DNA from: Hormiphora californensis
Taxonomy: Eukaryota > Animalia > Ctenophora
Direction of reading: 5' to 3'
DNA: 64,000 nucleotides
Assembly (NCBI GenBank): GCA_020137815.1
Contig: CM035357.1
Location: 8,122,001-8,186,000, forward strand
In this document: piece by piece, positions 36,668 through 49,604 of the stretch
Numbering within the stretch: position 1 is the stretch's first letter
Layout of the letters: every line of letters begins with the position of its first letter
The notes under the pieces: generated by a model
What the model saw: the letters and a program-made list of their open reading frames with translations, nothing else
What the model was told of the DNA's origin: nothing
Databases searched by the model: none
Made by a program: the position numbers and the translations under genes

Positions 36668-37589
36668 CGACTGGGTACCAAAACACTCGTAAAAATAAGA
36701 AAATTTTGATCTGAAAAACAGCCATTTTGGAGATCAGTTTAAAAAAAAACCGTAGCTTGTATAGATAACGAATGATAACATCAACATTATTATTGATACA
36801 CCTTAGCAATGGTTTGATCTAAGTTTTCTAGTGCTTGAAATGTTAATTTATGACTATTTGGTCTGGCAAGCGCTGCCGGAAGTAAAAAAAACTGAAAAAT
36901 AACGCCATTTCTTTAAACCCTTGCCAGTGCCGAGTTTTAAATTTTCTATTGTTCTATTTTGGGCTCATTTTAAAGCTAACACTGTTGTGAGATTGCAACT
37001 TCGACAACTCTTGCTATTTCTGGTGTCAAGGTGGCAATATATCTTCAGCTGGAATATAAAAACTGTTTTCCAATCGCAAAATGTCCATACTAAACGGTAG
37101 AGCATGTTTTATGTGGTCCTGACTCGTAATTCGGGGGATAATAGCCAAGTGTCAATTATTATGAATCCCTCTAATATTCAAGTTATTTTTAAGAATATAT
37201 AGCCAAAAATGTTCTTAGTTTTGATGTTCTTGGTTTTAGATTTCCTTAGTTTTTCTACAGTCTTAAATTTTTAGTTTCTTTCGTGATTTTCTTGAAGATT
37301 ATTACCGGTTTACTACAGTACACCGCGGTGATGTGATCCTCGTGACATTTACGTACTTGCTGGATTTCATTATTTGATTTGCCAGTAGTTGACATGTGAA
37401 CTGATGGTCTAATTGGTTCTATATTAAACTCTAAAGGATTTGTCCGCTGAAGTTGTACTTGTAAAACCTCCTCAATTAGGGTGGGCGGGGTGTGGCGGCG
37501 GGGCGGGGTGGCGGGTTAGAGAGCGTGGTCGTTTTATGGCTGGCGTTTATCTGGCGCTTTTATAAAGTATAGTAATTTGTCAGATATCG

Positions 37590-37712
37590 TCCCATTTCTG
37601 AGCAGCATCCCATTGCTGGGCATCATCCCTTCGCAGGGCATCATCCCATTTCTGGGCACCATCCCTTTGCAGGGCATCGTCCCATTGCTGGGCACCATCC
37701 CTTTGCAGGGCA
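37590..37712. repeat. 18-bp minisatellite (gggcatcatcccattgct-like)
   Basis: About 6-7 tandem variant units. Confidence 0.8.
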
Positions 37713-38093
37713 TGTGGAGTACACAGAGAAGCAGGAGCATACATTGTGAACTCAGCTCAGATGGGCTGAGAGGGGTTCAACCGGCGATGGTAGGGACATG
37801 CATATATGCAAATTGAGCAATATATGCAAATTGAGCAATATTGAAACTTTATAGCTCTTGGAAAGAGCTCGGTGTGTGCACTTGCGCACAGCGTTTATAT
37901 TAGTGCGTTAGCTAAAGTAGTTTGAAATGGACTTTGAAGTGTGTCATCAAAACTGCTTTAAGAGGACATCAAAATTAGGACTATAGAGTGTCAAAAATTC
38001 ACCCTAACTTTTCGGGCACACAGTATCCATTTTTTCGATCAGAAGCCGTCTGCAGGTTATAAATTGAGTTCAAAGACATGTGTTACCTTGCAG

Positions 38094-38235
38094 ATCACAA
38101 TCAAGACAACACGCCAGTACTCTTGTCAGAATGGGCGGAAAGAGTGAAACCTCTTTACAGAGACGTTTTTCTGAACACTACCTCACAGATATCATACTCT
38201 TCGTCAAAAGGACCTTCACAGTGGGACGAAGACAG
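38094..38235 (+). CDS. COLGALT1: Procollagen galactosyltransferase, exon 2
   Basis: ccttgcag| (D)HNQDNTPVLLSEWAERVKPLYRDVFLNTTSQISYSSSKGPSQWDED(R) ag|gtaaaa; phase 1 in, phase 2 out. Confidence 0.9.
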
Positions 38236-38714
38236 GTAAAATTCAAAACTCGAGCCATTTTGTAATAAATCTTCAATTCTGGATTTGTTTTCTTCTTGAA
38301 TCATGAATGAGCTCTGTTCATGATTAAACAGATCTCATTCATTCATGATATTTAGCCAAAGCAGTTCCACAACGGTGGTATCTGCCAGCGAACTACCCTG
38401 CCCGCTGTATGTTTTCTCTGACTGCTAATCTCACTTCTCTCTTACACATACACGCCCTCACGGCGTACCTGGTGAACTTTTAACACGAACTCGATGGCTG
38501 ATAGAAACCACCACTTGTACGTTGTAGCTAAAGGTCTATTTAATGCCGCTACGGTGCGGGAAAAAAGAGTTTAATGCGTGAATGGGATTTTTTGGATAAT
38601 TGGCTGTGACAGAAATATGAGATAGAGTGCCACTATGGTGCTCTAAATGGTCCACCTAAAATCAAACACAAAACCCAAACTTTTCAAGTAAAACAAAACA
38701 AATTTCAAACAAAA

Positions 38715-38932
38715 TGTGAGTTGAAACTAAAGTGAGTTGAAAATAAAGTGTGTTGAGAAAAAAAGTGAGTTGAAAAAAAATAAATTAAAAATCAAAAATG
38801 AATAAAGTGAGTCGAAAAAAAAGTGAGTTGAAAAAAAGTGAATTGAAAAAAAAGTGAGTTGAAAAATAAAAAAGTGAGCTGAAAAAAAATTGAGTTGAAA
38901 AAAAGTAAATTGAAAAAAAGTGAAATGAGTTA
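38715..38932. repeat. ~15-bp minisatellite (aaaaaaagtgagttg)n
   Basis: Tandem units visible. Confidence 0.85.
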
Positions 38933-39334
38933 AGTTTTGTTTTTTTCCCTGAAAATTTTGTTTTTTGTCCACGCTCTAAATAGTCCACTATCTTAGAAAA
39001 GAAATTGAGAAAGAACGTGGGACTTAGCGTCCTCGCATTAGTGGGGGTAGGCGCTGGAATTAGGTCTCTATCTCATCTTACTACATATATATAATGCGAA
39101 AAGAGCTGAAACTTGATCCCCCTATGCATGTGATGAGGGACCGACGAGGGTCCCCAATTTTCCCATCATCAGCTGAGATCACATCATCCCACATGCATGA
39201 TCAGATCACCCCACTGAGGATCAGATCACTCACCCAAGATCAGATCACCCCACCCATGATCAGATCACCCCACTGAGGATCAGATCATCCCAGTGAGTAT
39301 CAGATCCCACATTTCACCCATTGTTCCACTGAGA

Positions 39335-39335
39335 C

Positions 39336-39368
<33 letters not shown>

Positions 39369-39389
39369 TAGAGGGGAGAGAGAGAGAGA

Positions 39390-39475
<86 letters not shown>

Positions 39476-39485
39476 AAGAGAGAGA
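39335..39485. repeat. (GA)n microsatellite
   Basis: Visible directly. Confidence 0.95.
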
Positions 39486-39534
39486 TATCAACGGCCGGTT
39501 CAACTAACGGGGTCCAACCAACGGGCTTTCTAGT

Positions 39535-39993
39535 TCTTATCATAAAGTACAAATGAACGTCGTGAAGGTGATGATGTAGTATCCCACGTGCAAATAGAGG
39601 GGGGTTTTGGGTACGGTGCGTGATAACATGAGACTGAGAGAGACAGCGCAGGAGGATAGAAGAAAGAGGGGATATCATACCCAAAGGGGGGTTGCGGGGG
39701 GATACTGCACGTGTATGTTTTTGGTTGTTTGTTACGTGTTCCTGTGGTGTTTAGTGGTGATTTGGGATCTACCGCCATGATTGCCAATGCCTTTCTACCT
39801 ACGTACCCCGTTGATTCTCTACACAGCTACAATTCTACGGATCTTTATCACCTGATTCTACATGTTATTCAGCGGGATTTCCCTTGATATTTATGACCAG
39901 CGCTCCCCGACATGGAGAGACAAAGAGTAAGAGGGGGAGAGAGACATAAGACGGGTGGGGGGCTGTTGTAGGACTTAACAATGGGCTTTCTGG
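39535..39993 (+). mobile_element. Helitron-like element, in tandem with a preceding CTAG end
   Basis: TCTTATCATAAAGTACAAATGAACGTCGT ... ATGGGCTTTCTGG|T; the last ~90 bp match 62661-62756. Confidence 0.55.
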
Positions 39994-40019
39994 TTTCCTT
40001 TTTTTTTTAGTCTTCATAC

Positions 40020-40099
40020 CTGGTGAGTTCCTAACTCCTCCATATTCAAGATTTTAAAGTACTCTGGCACACTTTTGTAGTATCCAGTAGATGTCATAC
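40020..40099 (-). CDS. COLGALT1: Procollagen galactosyltransferase, exon 4 (opposite strand)
   Basis: ttttatcctccag| (G)MTSTGYYKSVPEYFKILNMEELGTHQ |gtatga; matches COLGALT GMTSQGYY; phase 1 in, phase 0 out. Confidence 0.9.
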
Positions 40100-40252
40100 C
40101 TGGAGGATAAAAAAGTGCGTTTTTATTGCCAACAAAGTGAAAACAGAGTCCCACCCAAAGCACCGGGCACCGGCCTCAACTTTCCGGGTACCTGTTATAG
40201 GCCAAGTAGGTCACACCCTGTTAATTTTAGTATAATATGTCGTTTCGGGCTA

Positions 40253-43200
40253 ATATCACTGCGCTGGCAAGCGCAAAGGTGGCCCCATCCCCTCCCCCCT
40301 AAAACTTTTCCCGAAAAAGTGGGCCCGCTTGCCAACAGCGTATATAACAATTTTGAAGTTTTAGCCCATTTTGGAACTTTTCGACCCCTCATAACTCCGG
40401 AACCAGATGAGCTAGGAGGCTGAAATTTGGTACTAACAAGCTTCACATAGACCTCTACTGACGATAAAAATTTCAAGTAGCTAGCTCATTCCGGTCGCAA
40501 GTTATGACACCACCCCCCAAAACAGAAAATTCATGTGGCGATAGGTATCACTGCGCTGGCAAGCGCAAAGGTGGCCCCATCCATCCCCCCCAAAAACTTT
40601 TCCCCAAAAAGTGGGCCCGCTTGCCAACAGCGTAGATATAACAATTTTGAAGTTTTAGCCCATTTTGGCACTTTTCGACCCCTCCTAACTCCGGAACCAG
40701 ATGAGCTAGGAGGCTGAAATTTGGTACTAAGAAGCTTCACATAGACCTCTACTGACGGTAAAAATTTCAAGTAGGTAGCTGATTCCGGTCGCAAGTTATG
40801 ACACCACCCCCAAAACAGAAAATTCAGTGTGGCGATAGGTATATATATATATAGATAGATTATAGAATATAGACGCTTCACTGTGTAACACTTGTAGCTC
40901 GAACCATACTAGCTAGAGACTTGAACCAAGTTTTATCCGTTAGGAAATCGTTCGGGGCATGCATTAGTTAAGTTTCAAGTGAAAATGTCCACTATGACGG
41001 GCGTAATACGTCACAAAGTGACGTCATTGAAAAATCTCAGACCAAATATTTTCAAACGCCTCTAGCACCCTCAAGACATTTTCCAATTTCTGATTTGACG
41101 CAAAATCGTTAGTGGCAAATTGTCTGAACTTTCAGATACTATATCACAAATTTTTCTAACTTGTCATTTTCAGACCTTAAAACGCGTCGGAACTCAAAAA
41201 TTTGATGTGAAAATCCACAAAAAAATTCACATTTCGTGCAATCACTTCAGTTCTTCACCACCATGGCCTTTAAAACTTTTCACACGTTTAGTGCTTCATC
41301 GGCCGAATAGTCTGTCTTATTTTTTTACGTCGTCGTGACGTCACGTGTGACGTCACGACGTCAAAACGACGTCGAATTTTGAAAATTTCGTCAAATCAGT
41401 TTCCTAGTAGGAATCCTAGTAGGAATCCTACAACCCAGGATACATTTGAATTACATTTGAACACTTTAGTTGACAATTAGCTTAGTTGTTTGAGGTCATA
41501 AGTGACCTCAAACGACCAAAAAAGAATACAAATTTAGAGCAAAAACTAATTGAAATTAGTTCGCCAGAAAGGTGGCCCATTTTGAACTTACTCTCCTTCA
41601 TTTCCGTCACCTTTGAGTTGAAGGCGGAAAAGTTTACGGATACCTCGATGTCTTTGAAGCCTCAACTCAAAGGTGACGGAAATGAAGGAGAGTAAGTTCA
41701 AAATGGGCCACCTTTCTGGCGAACTAATTTCAATTAGTTTTTGCTCTAAATATATATCACTGCGCTGGCAAGCGCAAAGGTTGCCATTCCCCCTTCCCCA
41801 AACAGCAAAGCGCCGCCAGAAACGCAGTTATACGTTTTATGGGTGTTTTGACTGAAAACCCAGATTTCAGAAGGCTATAGCATGGCTCCCTTCATCCGTT
41901 TGACTTGAAATTTGGAATGTATACCCGGCTCGGGGTCATTAACTTAAGTTCAAAATTTCAAGTCTCTATCTCATCTGGAACTGAAGTTACAGACAGGTCC
42001 CATTTGCCCTAGATTCAGTGTAACACATATGCGCGCGCGCGCCGTAGGAGAGACGCTTTTTATAAACCATATTCACCCAAACGAAAAAGATAGAAACTTC
42101 TCGTTTTCACAGCTGGTAGATCTACTGGATGTGTGTGCATTAGTCGATGTGAGGTCCCTTTTGATCGCCAGGAACGTCCTACAGAACGTCTTAAATCGTC
42201 ATTTTTCAGACTCTGACTAAAATTCTTGAGCTCATTTTACACCCTGAAGACGGATTCTGATCGAAAATCGAAGGCTATATCATGAAAGAGAATTGTCTAA
42301 ACTTTCAGAAACTATATCGCGAATTTTCAAAACTAGACGTATAAGGGTCTTAAAACGCGTCTAAAGTGTTATACTGTTTAAAAATAGATATGACGATATG
42401 GGTTTTTCGCCATAGCAGACTCAAATCTCATCCAATCGATCTCAAACTGGTCAGTATCTTCATCTAGGTAATCCAGATGATTGACGTCATCATTATGACG
42501 TCATAACGACGTGACGTGACGTCATTTTATGACGTCAAAATGACGTCAAAAATGAAAATTTTGCAAATTCGCGATTCCATCCTCTCCTTACCTGTTCTAT
42601 TACATCTAAATGGATAAAAAATCCCAAAAATGATGCAAATTATACCAAAACTAATTGAAATTAGTAGGCCGGAAGGTTGCCCTATGATTGAGCTACCTTT
42701 GGCACCAGTACATTCCCTTTTGAAGATAGAAGAAGCATAGGTTATACCCTGACTGTACCCCGTGAATGTTGCGGTGGCAAAGGTAGCTCAAATCATAGGG
42801 CAACCTTTCCGGCCTACTAATTTCAATTAGTTTTGGATAATAATATATATATATGATAGATAGAATAGTATAGACGCTTCACTGTGGTAACACTTGTAGC
42901 TCGAACCATACTAGCTAGAGACTTGAACCAAGTTTTATCCGTTAGGAAATCGTTTGGGGCATGCATTAGTTAGGTTTCGAGTGAAAATGTCCACTATGAC
43001 GGGCGTAATGACGTCACAAGTGACGTCATTGAAAAATCTCAGACCAAATATTTTCAAACGCCTCTAGCCCCTCAAGACATTTTCTAATTCCTGATTTGAC
43101 GTAAAATCGTTAGTGGCAAATTGTCTGAACTTTCAGATACTGTATAGCGAATTTCTCTAACTTGCCATTTTTAGACCCTAAAACGCGTCGGAACTCAAAA

Positions 43201-43721
43201 ATTTGATGTGAAAATATATATAAAAACTCACATTTCGTGCAATAACTTCAGTTCTTGATGCCATGGCCTTTAAAACTTTTCACACGTTTAGTGCTTCATT
43301 GGCCAAATAGTCTGTCATAATTTTTTTACGTCGTTGTGACGTCGCATGTGACGTCACGACGTCAAAACGACGTCGAATTTTGAAAATTTCGTCAAATCAG
43401 TTTCCTACAACCCAGGATACATTTGAATTACATTTGAACACTTTAGTTGACAATTAGCTTAGTTGTTTGAGGTCTAAATGACCTCAAACGACCAAAAAAG
43501 AGTACAAATTTAGAGCAAAAACTAATTGAAATTAGTTCGCCAGAAAGGTGCCCATTTGAACTTACTCATCATTTCCGTCACCTTTGAGTTGAAGGCGGAA
43601 AAGTTTATGGATACCTCAATGTCTTTGAAGCCTCAACTCAAAGGTGACGGAAATGAAGGAGTAAGTTCAAAATGGGCCACCTTTCTGGCGAACTAATTTC
43701 AATTAGTTTTTGCTCTAAATT
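40253..43721 (+). mobile_element. Tandem array of two alternating repeat modules joined at TA-rich junctions; module B ends in a long hairpin
   Basis: Module A (tatcactgcgctggcaagcgcaaagg...) at about 40253, 40546 and 41755. Module B (agacgctt...TGACGTCA motifs...hairpin) at about 40870-41751, 42050-42836 and 42870-43721. Confidence 0.75.
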
Positions 43722-44461
43722 AGATAATATAAACCCTGCGCCGATAGCTGTAATATTAGTCGTTTGAAGATTTTACGCACACACGTTAACTGCGAGTTGG
43801 GGCATTACACACCCTGTTCCCGATTTACCAGACCAGTGCCCCTTTTCACGCGTTTCTTTTCATTCGAATAACAGAGAGAATAAATTTAGAGTAATCAAAT
43901 TATGTGTAAACACACAGTTTCGTCAACAAAAGAGAGGAAAACTTAGTTGCAACAGTTAGTATTCTATTCTTTTCTGTCTCTCATTGTCTCTTTTACTGTT
44001 CACTCTCCCTCACTGTGTGTATTTGCCCTTATGGGGGGGGGGGGGGGGTGAAGTTTTTGAAGCGATTTTCAAAAACTTCAAAAACTAAAATGGGTACGAA
44101 AATTCAAAAACTTTCAAAACTTCAAAAACCTATAGTCGCGGTCAAAAAGTCTGCTGAAATTTCGATTTTTTGGGGTTCGAAAAATCGACCAAAATTATTG
44201 AAACTAATTTTAATACCACTAAGACATCCTCTAGACACTTAAAACAAGTGTGGATAACTTCGTTTTTCTGCTAAAAGCCTCTCTATTTTCTCACGTGACC
44301 TTTACTAGGGAGAATGGCAAAAAATCCCTGGTCTAAATGGTATAGCTTCGTGCATGGCTCTTTGAATGTGTCCACCCGATTAAAGGTCCCCTCGAAGATT
44401 TAAAATAATACTGGAGCTAAACCTAAAAAATCGAAAGGGTAAAATGGAGAATGTGTCTTAC

Positions 44462-44661
44462 CTGCCCAAAAATTTGAGTATGCAAAGTTGCTGTTTATCT
44501 TGATAAGGGGTGCCACAACCGTTTTTTGTAGACTAATCAAGTGACGCAGGGTTGATGGATTGGTCAGGAAAATATCGGTGTCTACGAAAAAAACGTATCT
44601 TATGCCTGTTTTACGGCCGTAATCAAGAGCTGACTGTCGAATTCTCATCATGTGAATGTAC
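44462..44661 (-). CDS. COLGALT1: Procollagen galactosyltransferase, exon 3 (opposite strand)
   Basis: tttttcttcaag| (R)YIHMMRIRQSALDYGRKTGIRYVFFVDTDIFLTNPSTLRHLISLQKTVVAPLIKINSNFAYSNFWA g|gtaaga; DxD motif; phase 2 in, phase 1 out. Confidence 0.92.
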
Positions 44662-45359
44662 CTTGAAGAAAAATTTTAAATGTAGTGTGAACAAGAAGAA
44701 AACAGAACAAACTTTTTTCCCTGCCCAGATGATCTTTTTAGTACGTGTGGTAAAAAGATCATTCAGGGTTTATAAATCAGTGTGGAAGTTAACTAAATGT
44801 CGCGATACTAGGAGCGCTTAGAGCAGCGCTTAGAGCAGCATGTGCAAAAATCGTGTGCCACACATTTTTTTTAAAAACACGCAAAACAAAAGCTTTTCAA
44901 GATCGACTTTTCACGTTTTGGCTCATAACTCCTGTTATTAGACTTCAAACCGGCGCCATTCGATGGGCCTTAGAATTCTATTTCTAAAGGTACCCAAACT
45001 GTAACTTTTCAGGAACCAGGAGTTATGAGCTAAAACGTGAAAAGTCGACCTTGAAAAGTTTTTTCGTGAGTTTAAAAACTAACTTTGTGTGGCGCACGAA
45101 TATAGTGTGTACTGCCTAGGTGATCCTACTAGAACAACGCTCCATCATCAATGAAATATGATGCCTTTTCGCGTGTACACAGGCACACTTTTGAGTTGAG
45201 ACACAAACTACGACTTGAATACTACAAAATAATATCGCATTATAACTTTAAAACTGGTTGTCTAATTAGTCAACCCATCAGCTTTACCGGCTCACATATC
45301 AGAACCCAATTAGAAGCAGGCGTGGCACATGCCATATCACATTTCTGCTAATGCTATAC

Positions 45360-48300
45360 CAGGGTGTGAACTGCATGTCGTGTTTGCTAGTCGCGAGCGC
45401 GCTTGCGAGACAAGCAAACACGTCAAGGTTCATTAACAAGCATGCTGCTCAGTCATTTTAGATTTAATACACAATGTAAGGATACCATGTAATAGGTGAG
45501 ACTCTTGCCGTCACCCTCGTTCAAGTCCCGTGAAAAACGGAGCAGTACACGCAAACTGATGCCCATTTTCCTCGCGTGACCCCGATTCAGCAGTTTGAGA
45601 CACCAACTCTTTAGGGGGCCATATCTCAGGAACCAGACAAGATAGGAAAAATCGCCGTCTAATGAGGCGTACAGTTTTTAATCTAGTTTACCACTGTACC
45701 GGCCGTTTCACTCTCCGACCTAAAACAAAAATCGCAACCCCACAAAACTTCAAAATAATGAAATTCGCATCTCGCATGTCGTGTTGCATGTCGTGTCATG
45801 TTATTGACGCGCTCGCGTTCAACTCTCACACAGCAGCTGCAGAACATGGCGGGAAACATCGAGGAGTAGAGAGAGGGTCGGTGCCGAATCAAATATTTCT
45901 TGATCTTGATCTATTCCATCTCTCAGCTATCCTACCCCTCATCAACTCGATCTCTCAGCTACCCTACCCCTCATCTACTCCATCTTTCAGCTACCCTACC
46001 CCTCATCTACTCCATCTTTCAGCTACCCTACCCCTTATCTAGTCCATCTCTCAGCTACCCTACTCCTCATCTACTCCATCTCTCAGCTTCCCTATTAGGG
46101 AAGCATAGAGATGGAAACAATTAGGGGTAGGGAATCCCTATCCATAATCGTTTCCATCTCTATGCTTCCCTAGCCCTCATCAACTCCATCTTTCAGCTAC
46201 CCTACCCCTAATCTAGTCCATCTCTCCGCTACCCTACTCCTCATCTACTCCATCTCTCAGCTACCCTACCTCCCATTTACTCCATCTCTCAGCTTCCCTA
46301 CCTCCCATTTACTCCATCTCTCAGCTTACCTACCTCCCATTTACTCCATATCTCAGCTTCCCTACCTGCCATTTACTCCATCTCTCAGATACCCTACCTC
46401 CCATTTACTCCATCTCTCAGCTTACCTACCTCCCATTCACTCCATCTCTCAGGTTCCCTACCTCCCATTTACTCCATCTCTCAGCTTCCCTACCTCCCAT
46501 TTACTCCATCCCTCAGCTTCCCTACCTCCCATTTACTCCATCCTTGCCTCCCATTTACTCCATCTCTCAGCTACCCTACCTCCCATTCACTCCATCTCTC
46601 AACTACCCTACCCCCATTTACTCCATCTCTCAGCTTCCCTACCTCCCATTTACTCCATCTCTCAGCTTCCCTACCTCCCATTTACTCCATCCCTCAGCTT
46701 CCCTACCTCCCATTTACTCCATATCTCAGCTTCCCTACCTGCCATTTACTCCATCTCTCAGATACCCTACCTCCCATTTACTCCATCTCTCAGCTTACCT
46801 ACCTCCCATTCACTCCATTTCTCAGGTTCCCTACCTCCCATTTACTCCATCTCTCAGCTTCCCTACCTCCCATTTACTCCATCCCTCAGCTTCCCTACCT
46901 CCCATTTACTCCATCCTTGCCTCCCATTTACTCCATCTCTCAGCTACCCTACCTCCCATTCACTCCATCTCTCAACTACCCTACCCCCCATTTACTCCAT
47001 CTCTCAGCTTCCCTACCTCCCATTTACTCCATCTCTCAGCTACCCTACCTCCCATTCACTCCATCTCTCAACTACCCTACCCCCCATTTACTCCATCTCT
47101 CAGCTTCCCTACCTCCCATTTACTCCATCTCTCAGCTTCCCTACCTCCCATTTACTCCATCCCTCAGCTTCCCTACCTCCCATTTACTCCATATCTCAGC
47201 TTCCCTACCTGCCATTTACTCCATCTCTCAGATACCCTACCTCCCATTTACTCCATCTCTCAGCTTACCTACCTCCCATTCACTCCATTTCTCAGGTTCC
47301 CTACCTCCCATTTACTCCATCTCTCAGCTTCCCTACCTCCCATTTACTCCATCCCTCAGCTTCCCTACCTCCCATTTACTCCATCCTTGCCTCCCATTTA
47401 CTCCATCTCTCAGCTACCCTACCTCCCATTCACTCCATCTCTCAACTACCCTACCCCCCATTTACTCCATCTCTCAGCTTCCCTACCTCCCATTTACTCC
47501 ATCTCTCAGCTTCCCTACCTCCCATTTACTCCATCCCTCAGCTTCCCTACCTCCTATTTACTCCATCTCTCAGGGGTAGGAATGTTAGGATAAATGAGAG
47601 ATGGAGTAAATGGGAGGTAGGGAAGGTAAGAGATGGAGTAAATGGGAGGTAGGGAAGCTGAGAGATGGAGTAAATGGGAGGTAGGGAGGCTGAGAGATGG
47701 AGTAAATGGGGGGTAGGGTAGTTGAGAGATGGAGTGAATGGGAGGTAGGGTAGCTGAGAGATGGAGTAAATGGGAGGCAAGGATGGAGTAAATGGGAGGT
47801 AGGGAAGCTGAGAGATGGAGTAAATGGGAGGTAGGGTAGCTGAAAGATGGAGTAAATGGGAGGTAGGGTAGCTGAGAGATGGAGTAAATGGGAGGTAGGG
47901 TAGCTGAGAGATGGAGTGAATGGGAGGTAGGGTAGCTGAAAGATGGAGTAAATGGGAGGTAGGGAAGCTGAGAGATGGAGTAAATGGGAGGTAGGTAAGC
48001 TGAGAGATGGAGTAAATTGGAGGTAGGGAAGCTGAGAGATGGAGTAAATGGGAGGTAGGGAAGCTGAGAGATGAAGTAAATGGGAGGTAGGGTAGCTGAG
48101 AGATGGAGTAAATGGCAGGTAGGGAAGCTGAGAGATGGAGTAAATGGGAGGTAGGGTAGCTGAGAGATGGAGTAAATGGGAGGTAGGGAAGCTGAGGGAT
48201 GGAGTAAATGGGAGGTAGGGAAGCTGAGAGATGGAGTAAATGGGAGGTAGGGAACCTGAGAGATGGAGTGAATGGGAGGTAGGTAAGCTGAGAGATGGAG

Positions 48301-49366
48301 TAAATGGGAGGTAGGGTATCTGAGAGATGGAGTAAATGGCAGGTAGGGTAGCTGAGAGATGGAGTAAATGGGAGGTAGGGAAGCTGAGGGATGGAGTAAA
48401 TGGGAGGTAGGGAAGCTGAGAGATGGAGTAAATGGGAGGTAGGGAACCTGAGAGATGGAGTGAATGGGAGGTAGGTAAGCTGAGAGATGGAGTAAATGGG
48501 AGGTAGGGTATCTGAGAGATGGAGTAAATGGCAGGTAGGGAAGCTGAGATATGGAGTAAATGGGAGGTAGGTAAGCTGAGAGATGGAGTAAATGGGAGGT
48601 AGGGAAGCTGAGAGATGGAGTAAATGGGAGGTAGGGAAGCTGAGAGATGGAGTAGATGAGGAGTAGGGTAGCTGAGAGATGGACTAGATAAGGGGTAGGG
48701 TAGCTGAAAGATGAAGTAGATGAGGGGTAGGGTAGCTGAAAGATGGAGTAGATGAGGGGTAGGGTAGCTGAGAGATCGAGTTGATGAGGGGTAGGATAGC
48801 TGAGAGATGGAATAGATCAAGATCAAGAAATATTTGATTCGGCACCGACCCTCTCTCTACTCCTCGATGTTTCCCGCCATGTTCTGCAGCTGCTGTGTGA
48901 GAGTTGAACGCGAGCGCGTCAATAACATGACACGACATGCAACACGACATGCGAGATGCGAATTTCATTATTTTGAAGTTTTGTGGGGTTGCGATTTTTG
49001 TTTTAGGTCGGAGAGTGAAACGGCCGGTACAGTGGTAAACTAGATTAAAAACTGTACGCCTCATTAGACGGCGATTTTTCCTATCTTGTCTGGTTCCTGA
49101 GATATGGCCCCCTAAAGAGTTGGTGTCTCAAACTGCTGAATCGGGGTCACGCGAGGAAAATGGGCATCAGTTTGCGTGTACTGCTCCGTTTTTCACGGGA
49201 CTTGAACGAGGGTGACGGCAAGAGTCTCACCTATTACATGGTATCCTTACATTGTGTATTAAATCTAAAATGACTGAGCAGCATGCTTGTTAATGAACCT
49301 TGACGTGTTTGCTTGTCTCGCAAGCGCGCTCGCGACTAGCAAACACGACATGCAGTTCACACCCTG
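45360..49366. mobile_element. 4-kb foldback element with ~730-bp TIRs and an inverted 32-bp minisatellite core
   Basis: CAGGGTGTGAACTGCATG...CATGCAGTTCACACCCTG flanked by tatac on both sides. The minisatellite tcccatttactccatctctcagcttccctacc switches strand at about 47575-47595. Confidence 0.9.
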
Positions 49367-49509
49367 TATACAGATTCTATCAAATATGATGGTCCTTGAA
49401 GTTGGGCAGGGAAATACAGCATTATGGGTACATAGTGCAAATAATTCTTGTTAATCATATCATGAATGAGATCTGTTCAGAATTAAAATATGAAGGAAAA
49501 TATCTGGTG

Positions 49510-49562
49510 AAGGCCGGCCGCTGGGCTCGAACCGACAACCTCTGGGTATCGCGTCCATTGCC
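49510..49562 (-). mobile_element. tRNA-like SINE head fragment
   Basis: ...cccagaggttgtcGGTTCGAGCCCagcgg B-box-like sequence; no full cloverleaf. Confidence 0.4.
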
Positions 49563-49604
49563 GACAGAATTTTAACATAGGATATCGTGCATCGGTTCGT
49601 CAAT

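Noticed and set aside
39280-39684. ORFs with (LS)n or (ER)n runs here and at 56.2 and 57.7 kb
   Set aside because: They are translations of (GA/CT)n microsatellites.
40020-44661. Separate antisense COLGALT paralog
   Set aside because: These two exons are exactly the ones missing from the + strand gene and their phases interlock with it; no other minus-strand exons were found.
46544-48826. Long ORFs of 349, 220 and 413 aa
   Set aside because: They are translations of a stop-free 32-bp minisatellite.
45662-49064. Two identical 126-aa ORFs on opposite strands
   Set aside because: They are mirror images in the TIRs of a foldback element and show no recognisable domain.
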